Of a stretch of DNA of 52,250 nt, positions 36,933 to 49,959 are shown piece after piece. The DNA is from Phoronis australis (Eukaryota; Animalia; Phoronida): positions 1 through 52,250 of the forward strand of contig NMRA01000783.1 in NCBI GenBank assembly GCA_002633005.1. The letters are read 5' to 3'. Every line of letters begins with the position of its first letter. Position 1 is the first letter of the stretch. The notes under the pieces are model-generated. The model had not been told where the DNA came from and did no database searches. It saw nothing but the letters and a program-made list of their open reading frames with translations. Both the position numbers and the translations under genes were made by a program.

Positions 36933-37140
36933 ATGGAACTCTTTATGATGTGAAATGCAAAATCACTCAAACACGCGCTGATTCATCGCTCCCTCTTGGA
37001 ATAGACCACCCCAAGAACTAGGCCTACATTATCGTCTGCTGTCGCTACAACTACAAGAGTATGTCTATAACGTGGAATTCTGAGTGTTCTGTAACTGTTA
37101 TTCATTTTTTAGTTTCAATAAATATTCTTATGCCATTTAA

Positions 37141-37435
37141 TAAGTCTATCGATAGAGTTAGTGAGTCTATCGATAGAATAAGAAAGTCTGTCGATAGAGA
37201 TAGTAAGTCTATCTATAGAGTTAGTGAGTCTATCGATAGCGATAGTAAGTCTATCGATAGAGTTAGTGACTCTATCGATAGAGATAGTAAGTTTATTGAT
37301 AGAGTTAGTGAGTCTATCGATAGAGATAGGAAGTCTATCGATAGAGTTAATGAGTCTATCGACAGAGTTAGTGAGTCTATCGCTAGATTTAATAACTCTG
37401 TCGATAGAGTTAATAAGTTTATCAATAGAGTTAGC
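37141..37435 (+). repeat. 21-bp minisatellite array (about 14 units), right arm
   Basis: Unit approximately agtctatcgatagagttagtg with a palindromic TCTATCGATAGA core. Confidence 0.95.
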
Positions 37436-39409
37436 AACGGAGAAAAAAGTTGCTGTTGTGTCCTTTGACAGCCACCGTAAAACCAACCGAGTTCATTGAG
37501 CGGGCAAAGGTAATAAATTGTAACGGTCACCACATAAAGTGCCAATAAATCGCCCATCATGAAAAGCAAATTTTGACTAGACCACGTACTGCTTTGACAT
37601 TGGTTTCAAATTGTCCCTTGGTCAAAGTACGTGTGACCTGGAACGCTCTCGGGTCAGCTCATAAAAGTGAGGTTTTACTTGCCATGGCATTTCATTTATC
37701 ACCAGTCTCAAGGTATAACGAGCTATCAGTTATTTCCAAACCCAGAAGACTGACTAAGAAACAAATTGAAACCATCCTATAATGGTCGGAGACCACAGTA
37801 GATGCCTGTGTAGCTCGTCCAAAATGAAGAAAATGGGGTGGGTCGGGTTTGACGGCAGTTTTGTGGGCTTAATGGAAAGTAATTTCCAGGAATGATATTC
37901 AGTAGTTCCAGCTGAAGTTGTTTTGAGCAAAATTGAGTTCGGAAATTTGACCTGTGCTCTTGTCTAGGATAGGCCGGGAAGGTCCACCATTTTGAGAGAA
38001 CATTCTTGTTATGTTTTGAATTCTTGGCGCAAATAGAGGTACCCTTCAGACAAGTGGAAATTGTCAAAAATCTGGTTAGTAATGACATTTTTGACCTAAT
38101 TTTTTTGAATTTAGATTAAAAGAGCATTCGGATTATGGTCACTTTTCTTGCACCGGGGCATACATGAATTTGCGATTTTAGGTTAAAATTGGCCAAATTT
38201 TTTGTCATTTTTGGCATCTCTATTTTTTCACGGTGGAAGTAGCATGATAAAAGGGAATGTCTTTGTTGAATTTCTCCATTGATGTGAAACCCCACAGAGT
38301 GTGCTTTCAGTCAATAATACCTCTTTTCAGACGTCAGTGGCAGCTGTGCAGACAAGGGCTTTGATTAACGCAGGCCAGTGATTTGGTCAAAATCGGCCAC
38401 TGGTAGTGTGGTCATAGTGAAATCTTGGTAATAGTAAACGAGCCGACTCGTGGGCGTGGCGGTCTCGCCACCTGTTGACTGCGTGTAGCTTCATAATTTA
38501 GAGCGCTGGTATCCGCCGTCAAATGTTTACAATCTTGGCAATTGCGTGTGTACGTTTGTTTTTTCAAGTCCCGTAAATTCTAGTTTTGCTAAAAATAAAT
38601 CTGTGCCGTCTATTATTGACATTTTAATTTCATTCATAATAGCGAAGTTGATGCAGCACGTTGGCGGTCAACCTTCAACAATTTGAAATCTGTTGCGGGT
38701 AAGAATAATTGCTTTCAAGGAAAGTTTAGTATAATAAGAGTCACGGTGTATTTTCGAAATCTGAGACTGATGCTTAATGAAGGTCACAAACAAAAATGAA
38801 AGCCAATTCAGTGTTTGTAAAAATTGAGAGGTCGTGTTATATAGACTGTATGCGATAATTTAAAGTAAATTACATACTATTATTTTTATTAAACAAGATT
38901 AACTTAGTTAACTTGGTGAAAACCACCTCATACGGGAATATCGTCGCCCCAGCAAAGACGAATAGCGACATGAATATTTTAAATTAAACAACAACTTAAA
39001 TGTCGTGTAGATTAAAGAGAATGCAATTTCAGAACAAAAGTACATGAACAGGTTGTCTACGCAAGTACAAGGGATGACTAAGCACGTTCTGGGGTTGGTA
39101 AAATGTAGATCAAATAACTCAACAGCAATATATCAGGCGATAAGTAGGTCGACTATTTTTGTCCATACATGTAGTTCAACGTCAATCATGATAAGTCAGG
39201 TCCCGCATTTGGTTATGAGGCCGCGAGTACAAAATTACGACAGAGATGATATATTTCCATTTAACAGGGGTAATTCCGAAGACGTTGTTGGGTCGGTTAA
39301 ACCTTACCAAAGGGGTAAAAAGATTAGCTGTAGATGGAATTCCAACGGAATATTATTTAAAATCATTTAAATAGGTGAAATAAAGATAGACTCCGACTGT
39401 AACCTTTTA

Positions 39410-39710
39410 GTTGTCTACATGTATATGTGTAGACCTATAAATTATTTTTTTAAATATTGAACATAGAAATTGATAGACTTCCAAAACAATGTTTCTTGAT
39501 GTCATTTGAAAGGCAGTCGCACGGTCAAAACTAACTACAGTCAGGAATTTGTTTTACTGTGTATACAGCTGGTTTCGGTCATGCATGTTTGAACCAGGGA
39601 GTCGGTGATGAACAATATATTTCATTATTTGTCACAATTTTAAAGAAATCCAGGGAGATTTTAACTTTCCAAGTTGATTGTCTATAGTGTAGTATATATT
39701 TTAAGTGTGA
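39410..39710. repeat. Dispersed repeat, copy 2
   Basis: Direct-orientation similarity to 22080-22340. Confidence 0.65.
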
Positions 39711-39949
39711 ACTTTACAAGAAAGTTACGTCTGAATTGTCCTGCAAAAGGTGCTTTAAATTGTGGCGAGCTGACGCAGGAGCGGATACTTTACTTAGCGA
39801 ACATTTCACGTTCAAATAATCAACTGGAAATTGGAAATGGCAGAAGAAGTGATATAAATGGATTTGCACTTTTTAAGACAGGTTGAGACAGAAGCGCATT
39901 TCATGTTACGTTGCCTAGTCCTGATGAATTTAAGATTTAAATAGGTTCT

Positions 39950-41170
39950 ATACCACATTTTATTGGAACACAAGTACAAGCCAATACAGCAGTAATACAG
40001 AGAAATAGCCTTGAAAACGAATAGCTAGCCTACTTATTCATGAATAGTGATCAAGTGAAAATAGGATTACGAGCACAGAGAAAATAACGAAATCGAAAAG
40101 AACCCATACGTTATTCAAGGAATAACATATTAACAAAAAATAAAAGACAATGAAAAGCTCAGCATGGTATAGAAATTAAATCATTTGGTTTCTATGACAT
40201 TTAAAAATTAAATCACTGATGCTTTGGATTAAAAAAAACATTACAACTACGATCTACGTCGTGGTAACCATGTAAAAAATAAAGGTATTTTTTTCAATCC
40301 TATTACTAAGGTTATAAAAATGAGACCAGATCTGATGATGATTGGGTTGGAGGCTGCGAAAGAACTGGACGGTGCATCTGAGCAAGTAGTAAGCGTCACC
40401 ATTAGTTATGTCGTAGATACAATTAGAAGTAGCGTTGGTAAAAACGTGATGGAACTTTTTTAAAATAAGTTATAAACCCCTCTAAACTGGTTAGCAGAAC
40501 TTCTTTTTACGCGATAAGGCATGATTTAATGGCAGGGAAAGGAATTAGGCTGCCACCCCTTAAGAAATTTTGAATGCTAATTTTAACGTTGACATTGAAT
40601 GGACTACTTAAAGTAAACTATTCCAGGATCGAAGCAAAACGAACAATAATTAGAGTTTTCCGGAGAATTGCTGGGAATTCTATCTTCTGAAGTGGCTCTG
40701 AGTAGTACAATAATAGAATATCTATCACGTTCACATGTACAGTGTATATAGAGCAGCTCAATAATAGCTAAATTTGATAAATTATTTCCTCTATGAATAC
40801 TTTTGTATAAATAAACATTCGCATTCCTAACAGCTGTATCGTCAGATCATTAAAGTGTTTTAGAATACAGTCTGTCGGATAGGCCATTAATAAATAATAG
40901 AAAAGAAGCGTCCCCAGTACACTACGCTAGCATTAACATAGCCAATTTGGCTATTCACCAAAAACAACACTTCTAACGGTACGCACTCTATACATGTAGG
41001 TTCTATTTAAAGTACAGTACTGTATATGGCTAAAGCAAATCGCGCACAGTTCCACTAACCCCATACGTGCGAAGCTTAATAACACCGTGTCAAACGCAGA
41101 GGCCCTAACTAGAAAAACAGCCAGAACATTGTTACCCTTCAGAAATTCTAAGTGGAGACCGTCGGTTAAT
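39950..41170 (-). mobile_element. Decayed CR1/L2-like LINE RT region
   Basis: VLAVFL...AFDTV, YGVSGTV, NRTY(MY)RVR and a degenerate ADDTAV (tgacgatacagctgtt) in the correct order. Confidence 0.7.
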
Positions 41171-41881
41171 TTCACTTAATTGCGACGTGGCACTTTTAAG
41201 GTAAACAAAAACAAACTGAGTAGCATACAGAAAGCTTTAAGTGATTTTGTGATCATATACACCGGAAAATACAATTTTTAAAATGGTTTGATAGAGTGTA
41301 GAGTACAAAGTACTACGGTAATGGGGCGATAGCTAAACACTCATTATACAGTCATCGAGTCCTTTTTATGCACAGTTATCATTAACACTCGTTTCCATCT
41401 AGTTGGAACGAGGTCCAAATGAAAAGTATTAAATAAATGTAGTTGTTGGAATTGTTAGTAAATGTGCTAGCAATTTAAACATTTTACTCGTTTTGTCTGT
41501 TAATGAGTCACTCACCAACGTATCAGTGTTTTCGAGACGACTTCATCTGCAGCAGTTATTTGACAATTTACGATCTCTTTTTAATTAACGCTGTAGTAAG
41601 CTAATGTTTATTTTTTTATTCCTTTACTTCACTACCGATCCCATTTTTGATTATATCAAATAAAGGTGTAGTCAACGTTATCAGAACCAAAAATTGCATC
41701 CTAATTCACTTCAGGTAAATTGAAGGGAATCACTATCATAATTCCACAAAAGATTTTGTAAATTAGAGCTCATCTGTATCCAAGATAGTATCACTAAAAA
41801 GTAGTATGTATATGTACACGTACGGCATGGCATGGTGATCCCAGTTTCCACCAGACGGCGCGACTTCAGTGTAGAGAACAG

Positions 41882-42140
41882 GGGTCCGTTCCAAGAACTT
41901 GTCTTAAGTTCATGTTTGACTTAAGTCTAAGCTTTGTCTCAACTTCCAAACTTTAAATCTTCCATATCCGGTACGTTAGTCCAAACTAAGACAAATTTAA
42001 ATCAAAAACACTTAAATCGAACCTCAGATCTCTTTCTTTAAACGTACTTACATGTATATAAATCAAATCCACGTTTAATTTTAAAATTTACTGAAATTTA
42101 CGATTTGTCTTTGCTAAGTCAATTTTCTTGGAACGGGCTC
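41882..42140. mobile_element. Harbinger-group MITE with CAG target duplication
   Basis: CAG-gggtccgttccaagaa ... ttcttggaacgggctc-CAG (14/16 TIR match), with internal cttaag/taagac subrepeats. Confidence 0.8.
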
Positions 42141-43779
42141 CAGATGTACTACCAGCCAAGCGTGTAGGCTGGTCAACTAATTAAATAAGTCACAAAACAA
42201 CAAATAGCTTTATATCTGCTCGATTGATTGCCGCCACGAACCAAGACGAAAGACCACTACATGGCCTGTGATTGATTTTTAAAGTTTAACTTAGCAATTA
42301 CGTAACTCATGATTGATTCCGTCAGAAAATATTTCAAACCAATAGAACTGTGTATGCGAACAAAGCGATCTCGGCCTTCATTAGCGTTCTACACAATACA
42401 GTATAATCAGGAAATGCCATTTAATTTGTTCAGACAAAAGCTGCCGGCTCCCGGCCATAAGGAGCAACAATTTCATGGTTATTGGTAAGAATATTTTTTT
42501 TAAATGCAGCAAATCACGCAAAGTTATTGAATGTTACGCTGTAGATTAGAGAATAAAATATTTAAAACGATATTAGGTGCTACTGAGGACGGGCAGCATT
42601 CGGTGCAACATAGTCGTGGCCAAGGATATCAAATCATGACGATTTCAAGAAAAGTTTAGGACAACGCGCTAAAAACATGCGTCCCGTTGCTTGCCGTGAA
42701 AATTATCATCCGATGCCACTTCTATCGCGGCCAATTTCACTTAATATAGAAGTTACACAACGACACAAGAAAGTAAGCATAAAACATTCTGAGCATTTAA
42801 TATATCGAGTAACAAAAATTAATAAGGAAGGGATTGACAACACACGACGGATTGACAGGAATGACACAGAGAAGCCGTTACACGAACTACATTGTAAATG
42901 CACAATAGTACACAGCAGAACAAAGGTAGGCGAGAAAATAAAACACATGTATTAAGTAATTAACGGAGAAACTACTTGAACCGTTATCATATACACAAGT
43001 TAAAGAGACGTATGCCCAGCAACCCACGCCTGCCTAAAAGACAATTCATCACATTGCTAAATCTGTCACCGATATTTAAATGAAAAGGATTACGCCCATA
43101 GGAAGAAAGGAACTCCAGACAAATACCATTATATGTATGTAATAAATATGTCTCGCTAGTGTGCCTTGGTATTAGGGAAAATGCCCAAAACTGACGGAGA
43201 TTTCAACTCCAATGAATGTTCACTCGGAAATACACGACCTACAACATTACGGTGAGGTGGGTTAGTTTCCCGAAATTTCAACAAAAGAGCTATTTCCGTG
43301 CACGTGAGAAAATAGAGCACACAATTGATATATAGCGGTTATTGAGAAGATATAATTTACAAAAAACATACATTATATCTGGGCTGTTTTTGTCCAAGAG
43401 AATTAGTAGAACACACATGTAATATATAGTGGTTCTTAAGAGCACAAAATTGAACAGAAAACAAGCATTATATTTTGTTATACCTGTTCTGTGTTACATA
43501 GACAATACTCACCTACAAAATCAAAATAATCGTGATGCATTGGTGCACAGCCGACAAGAGCTATAACTGACATACAGTACATGTACCACTGGAGTACAGA
43601 CAATTGCCAAGTGAAACCAACAACAAAAGCAAAATGTTCGTCCAAACCACATTTTATCCTATTATCTGGAGAGTCAATGTGAGAATTCAATATACATGTT
43701 CAGGCTCGGCAACTTCTGAAGGCTACATAACGAATAAAGTAAAAATGTGCCTACCAGAAATCATACTTTTTTCAAACAT

Positions 43780-44960
43780 TTATTGTAACAAACTGACAAT
43801 TACAATACAAACGTACATAAACATACATAAATATTTACCATCGTTATAGCTGTACTAAATTTCATTTTCGTTGTGATTTTCTAAATGCACCATTGATTTT
43901 ACTCATAGTAAATTTTGTTTCTATATTTCTATTGTTTTTCAAAACTCTAATGACATCAGTTGTTAAGGGAAGTTTGTTCGGCATTCTACATTGATAAATG
44001 ACATTTTTTGTCATTAAAACTACAAGATTTATACTGTTGTTACATTCGGTATTTCTAAACAAAAGGTCAAGGCCGTTTAAAGAATCGATCCTAAGGAAAT
44101 CAGCACAAACTTTCCTCCAGAACTCTCTTATATATCTGCATTCCACCAATAAATGTACTTCAAGTAGTGTCTTTATGCTCAGAGCAAAATGTGCATCAGT
44201 CATTCTCTTGAACTTGAATGCTAAAAAGACATTTGTTGTTATAATACGCTGTACAATTTTGTACTGGAAATCCTTAAATATGAATCTAACGTTAAAACAT
44301 AAGGTAATCGATAAATTTTGTACCAATCAAAATCATTAATCTCTGGCGCACTTCTGCAAGGCACTGTCCACATGCCTACTTAGGGCTTCTAAATTTCTGA
44401 CAAATGTCTTGCAGAAGTTTGAGCACCCCGTTTGAGCACTGACGATATGCAACAGTGGTGTTAAAATCGTCGGGAATTTTTGTTTTACATATTCAGAGTG
44501 GTAAAGGGTACATGTATCTAACCAATTTTGCGGAACTGACTTCACAAGCCTGTAATGGTCCAAAAACGTACCCATTGTATCAAATTTTCTTTTTAGTGAT
44601 TGTAAAGTCAGAATTGTTCCATCATTATTTAGTAATTTTTAACAGTTCTTAAACCTTTCTTGAACCACTGTTTAATAAAGTAAATTTTTATGCTTGCATT
44701 GAACCATAAGGGCTCATTCAATATACTATAAACTGTTAATGGAACAAAACATGCTACAAATTTCTTCCATGCCAAAGAATTATCAAGCCAAAATAACCAA
44801 CTATGTTGAAATTGCTTCCAAAATTTAAGTCCTCTTGCAGTTTGTATGTGACAGGAAAGACAGTCCAAGAGTTACCAGTTTTCAGGAGATTTATAATCCA
44901 CGACAATTTTAGGCAGAAATCATACCCAAGGGAGCGTTCAAATAGTTCATCATTCAAGAG
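43780..44960 (-). mobile_element. Decayed L1/Tx1-like LINE 3' portion
   Basis: LKLSWI, ILNEPLWFNASIK, FLDHYRLVKSVPQNW, DFQYKIVQRIITTNVFL and HLLVECRYIREFW motifs; AATAAA on the minus strand near 43780. Confidence 0.85.
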
Positions 44961-45073
44961 AACGGCGGGATATACTTCAGTCTTGGACAAAGGTCTGGCG
45001 GACCACGCTGGATATTAGCCTTTGGGTAAAGCATGTTTTTCATTTATTGTATTTTTATCCTCTTTAAATAAAG

Positions 45074-45077
<4 letters not shown>

Positions 45078-45113
<36 letters not shown>
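45078..45113. repeat. (ATT)n microsatellite
   Basis: About 12 tta units. Confidence 0.95.
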
Positions 45114-45114
<1 letters not shown>

Positions 45115-47038
45115 GTCTGTCTCAAACAAAACCTAGTCTCTCAGTAAGTGATTTTCTTATTTATTCATCATTCAAAATGAGTTGTCACTTTTTACCTCCT
45201 TCCCCCATCTACATCGACTGTCATGATACATCCCCGCCCCGTCACCAGTGAGCCAACCCAATCCCTGCTTTTGCAAGAACCGACAGCTCGTTGGAGATTC
45301 AGTTTTTATGGTTCTAATGTTTAAGTTCGGTTTAGAAGAACGAAAGAGGAAAGGTGCTTGTGGTCAATAAAAAGCATGCACAATGATTAGATGAATATAC
45401 TCCAGCTGGATAAAACATAGTCTACTATCAAATTATAAATATGGATAGTGAAAGAAATTCATTTTGATAACGACTCGCAAACATTTTTTGTTTTAATTTC
45501 TTCTTCGGGAGTGACTAATGCGAATTAACAATGAAAAGTGATCATGGATGACAGTGTGACTTGAGGAAACACCAACCACTAGAAACTGACATTAGACCCC
45601 CTCTAAAACAATCCATCAAATGCAGTAAATTACGGGGAAGTTTTTTCACTATACTTTGTGCAATAAACTAGCTTACAGCAAAACCTACATGTAATCCTGT
45701 CGCCTAACATAAGAGTACAAAGCAAACAACTACAGCGTCTCGTTGTCTTGAACCGAACACACGGCGCACATGACGTCGCACTCGTAACTAAGGCAGGCGT
45801 GGCCTAACTGCCCTAGTCAAAATTTTCCATTGTAACAGCAGCAAAGGAGAAAAATGTTTCACATTTGTCTGTTTTATAGCTTTGATTAACGCGAACAACT
45901 CCAAGAAGCTAAGTCTATACAAACCAAGGATAATCCCCTAAAACCCGATTGTGTTCCTTAAAAATGGAAATTTACTGCATGTGCTACACTACTGGAGTCA
46001 AGAATGGGCAGACTGATCAACCATTGGTCAAAATATATCAATACGAGAATTTGGAGCCTCTTCGCTTGGCTGTATTTACCTAGAATCCCAGATTCTCTCA
46101 GACGTCTCGTCTCCTTTGATGGATTGATGTTGACAATTGATGACGAAAACACCAGTCACGTGGGGTCTCGTTTCGTTGGTGAAATTGTCAATACTCTAGG
46201 AGAAGTAAAGAAAAGGCTTTCATTTCTTTTTCTCCGTCAAATTTTGATCCTTTTGTGTCAAGATGGAGAGGGACGTGTTTCTTGGACTAATTGATCGAGA
46301 TGGATTCGAAGTGTTATAGTTATAATAATAGATATAGTGTGGACGTGTTTTATAAAAAATATTTGAACACTCTTATAAGGTGTTTTTAGCTCTTCCTTAA
46401 ATTGCATTTTCCAATGGAATTTTTGTTAATTTTTAAGATTTTATTTATTGAATATAAGAGGCCATTGGCCCACAGTACAAACTAGCTACTGTACCGATAC
46501 ACAAACTTTAAACACGTGTATACAGCCATTATGAACCTCTTACGACCATCATTGCCCTTTGTATACACTTTGAAATGTTTTTTAAAGTGTTTACTGTCTT
46601 CGAGCTTAGAAGAGATCTGACATCGTTGTTTTCAACGTGGTAATGTGGTAACACTTGACCTAGTTCCCGTCGGACGGTCATGCAAATCCTGTCTTACCTC
46701 CACACCTAATTTCTTAAAGTGCTTGAACCACCATTTACCTTGTATTGAGAAGTGACTACATTCCCAGCATCCTTAAAGTTTCCATTATAGCCATGCAAAT
46801 CACAACCGTGAATTTAATCTCCCAAGGAGACTATAGTTGGAAGTTTTCTTTATAGCCCCATGGACATGAGTCTGACATAGGAACTCTCCCAGTGCCACTG
46901 TACCATGTCTTACATACGCGAGTTTCTCGTACAAACGAGGGCATATACCGGCTTCTCTGATTTTCCGCCAGGAAGTGAAAAGAGCCACAATACTAAAAGC
47001 CACAACCCTCACAAAAGCAACTCCCCAACATTCTTTAT

Positions 47039-47072
<34 letters not shown>

Positions 47073-47080
47073 CAATCAAT
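47039..47080. repeat. (ATCA)n microsatellite
   Basis: atcaatcaatcaatcaatcaatcaatcaatcaaacaatcaat. Confidence 0.95.
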
Positions 47081-48782
47081 AATCACTTATTTTAGTGACC
47101 TAGTAATTAAATAGTAAATAACAACTTTTATCGCCTGAGAAATGCATTACCAATAAAACTGATAACTAATTTGCTCACAGTCATCACGAAAACAAAGTGG
47201 TTCTGAATTCCTAGCTCAAAAAATGAGGGTTAGACCAACATGACCTAATCTGCAAAAATAGACCATCGGATTCACCCTGTGCAGTAGAGTTAACTCCCTT
47301 TTCCCTAGTGCTGAACACCATTGGGATACCTGCCTCTCGTTCAGTAACGCTNNNNNNNNNNNNNNNNNNNNNNNNNNNNNNNNNNNNNNNNNNNNNNNNN
47401 NNNNNNNNNNNNNNNNNNNNNNNNNNNNNNNNNNNNNNNNNNNNNNNNNNNNNNNNNNNNNNNNNNNNNNNNNNNNNNNNNNNNNNNNNNNNNNNNNNNN
47501 NNNNNNNNNNNNNNNNNNNNNNNNNNNNNNNNNNNNNNNNNNNNNNNNNNNNNNNNNNNNNNNNNNNNNNNNNNNNNNNNNNNNNNNNNNNNNNNNNNNN
47601 NNNNNNNNNNNNNNNNNNNNNNNNNNNNNNNNNNNNNNNNNNNNNNNNNNNNNNNNNNNNNNNNNNNNNNNNNNNNNNNNNNNNNNNNNNNNNNNNNNNN
47701 NNNNNNNNNNNNNNNNNNNNNNNNNNNNNNNNNNNNNNNNNNNNNNNNNNNNNNNNNNNNNNNNNNNNNNNNNNNNNNNNNNNNNNNNNNNNNNNNNNNN
47801 NNNNNNNNNNNNNNNNNNNNNNNNNNNNNNNNNNNNNNNNNNNNNNNNNNNNNNNNNNNNNNNNNNNNNNNNNNNNNNNNNNNNNNNNNNNNNNNNNNNN
47901 NNNNNNNNNNNNNNNNNNNNNNNNNNNNNNNNNNNNNNNNNNNNNNNNNNNNNNNNNNNNNNNNNNNNNNNNNNNNNNNNNNNNNNNNNNNNNNNNNNNN
48001 NNNNNNNNNNNNNNNNNNNNNNNNNNNNNNNNNNNNNNNNNNNNNNNNNNNNNNNNNNNNNNNNNNNNNNNNNNNNNNNNNNNNNNNNNNNNNNNNNNNN
48101 NNNNNNNNNNNNNNNNNNNNNNNNNNNNNNNNNNNNNNNNNNNNTTTTTTTGATGTTTTTACATGGAACTGGTGATGTTAGACCCTTAAAAAGTATACAC
48201 ATTGTCAATGGATCCTGATAATCAGTACATGAGAAATGCCCAGCGCATCCGTTGAGTGAAACAGTATGAGAAATTGACTCAAAAAATGCTGCTTTCTGAC
48301 CTCCACGTGCCTTGACATTATCATGAGCCCAAATCGCACGCAAATAGACTTTCAACTATATCAATCAGCATTGCTGACACAATTTCCATTGTGCTCACAC
48401 GTTAACAATCACGCCACCTGATCCGGAAATAGTTCATTGTCTCAGTAGAAAAGCAAGTCTCGCGATATTTCACCCAAAAGAACGTTGTTGTGCATTTTTA
48501 GTCGAGAGCACGTTATTGAACTAGACTTAACTGACCGTTTCTTAAGCACAAGACACACCCGAAAATTTGATGGAGTGACTGCGAGTTTTCTTGTACACGG
48601 CGATATTTCGCGAGGATTGGCTTAATGGTACATAGTCGCGAGTTTCTTGCATCTATGCCAAAACGGACTACAAGGTAGAGTTAAGTAACTCTCTCACGTG
48701 CCCTCTCTGGAAATGCATGGCGATATCTCACAAAAAGTCGTGAGATCTTACTCCGATAGCTAGATAGGCCTACTAGCGTCAC

Positions 48783-48853
48783 CATGGGCGGCGCGGCACT
48801 GAAAAAGGTGGGGGGCTAAAGCCCCCTCAGTCCCCTATGGTGCTCCTCCCATG
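48783..48853. mobile_element. Very short palindromic MITE-like element
   Basis: catgggcggcgc...gggggctaaagccccc...gctcctcccatg. Confidence 0.45.
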
Positions 48854-49560
48854 GTCACGGAACCCTCCCGGCCAAGAGTGACAGTCGTAAATACGGAACT
48901 GTCAGCAATTTTTCCAACTTACTACATAAATCAATCCATCATAAGGTGAACAACTGGTATTATATTTAGTTTCATTGGTAACTGCTACTACTAGCGTTTT
49001 ATTTGAAAGAATTTAGAACAAATATTAATTGTTCCAAGAGTTTTGCACCATCAACGCCCTGTAGATACGATAGTAGTACTACATGTACTTGTCAAGTGTA
49101 ATTATACCGGCATCACCGCTAGCGCCAGTTTAGTCGAGGATAACAAGCTTGTTCTACTGGACGTAGGAACTGGAGGGCATCAGATGACATTTAGTGCCGG
49201 TGCGCTCGATGACTGAACACGCGTATGGTTGGGGCACACCACATTTCAAATATTCAATTATCGCAAATGAAAGTGTGTGAGTCTTTTAGACCTTGATTTT
49301 GTAATAACATCCTCTGGCTTTTTAGTCATATTATATATTTTACCAGTTTGTTTATGCAAAAATTTAAAGGAATCTAATCCTCCGAGGTCAACAATAAAAA
49401 TGGACGTAAAATGCATTATCAATGCACTTTGTCATGTCTGTGCGGTGGTATTCGAAATAGTGTCAATGTGAACCAGCAGAACAAAATGCGATCCGCATAG
49501 TTTGTGGCTTGTATTATGAATAGATAATTTTCTAGAAAGAAAAATTTGCCCATAGCCTAC

Positions 49561-49905
49561 CTGATAAACACTGCTAATGCCCAAAGGGTAGAGGACTGGC
49601 AGAAACACATGTGCCGAAATTAGCATGACGAATGGGTATGAAAGGTTCATCCAAATGATCATAGTTCCATTGGTGTACACCTCCGAAGGATTGCCCAACA
49701 ATGCAACGGCTGACACAAAGCTTGCAATCATAGATAATGCTACCGGGAACCAGCGCATTTTGCGATCTCCAAGCAAAAATTCTGATGTAGTTTTTTGCTT
49801 TCCGCCTGCAGACGCGTGGTAAATTCCAATTGCTGCAGGAACAGCCATGGTCAATGCAAACAGTATATAGTCGGCCACTTGAAATGTATTCTTTGAGCTC
49901 ATCAT
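49561..49905 (-). CDS. SLC5A8: SLC5A8/SMCT-like sodium:solute symporter, coding exon 1
   Basis: MMSSKNTFQVADYILFALTMAVPAAIGIYHASAGGKQKTTSEFLLGDRKMRWFPVALSMIASFVSAVALLGNPSEVYTNGTM...PVLYPLGISSVYQ matches the N-terminus of the SLC5A5/6/8/12 subfamily. 345 bp, phase 0, donor CAG|gtaggc. Exact orthology within the subfamily is not resolvable by eye. Confidence 0.93.
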
Positions 49906-49959
49906 GATATTTTCCCAAATGCTAAGTGCGACCGAGCTCGATTAAGTTCATCATTTGAG

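Noticed and set aside
37061-37569. Overlapping ORFs with heptad repeats (SIDRVSE, SIDRLTN, LSIELVS) resembling coiled coils; also a CRISPR-like look
   Set aside because: By-product of a 21-bp tandem repeat that is open in several frames on both strands; no unique spacers and no cas genes.
37572-38422. Possible CACTA-like TIR pair (gactagaccacgtac / gtagtgtggtcatagtg)
   Set aside because: The match is too degenerate and no target duplication is clear.
48440-48760. Cluster of TCTCGCGA-like words resembling the CGCG promoter element
   Set aside because: Similar words occur inside the MITE at 30760-30840, so they are more simply transposon subterminal repeats.
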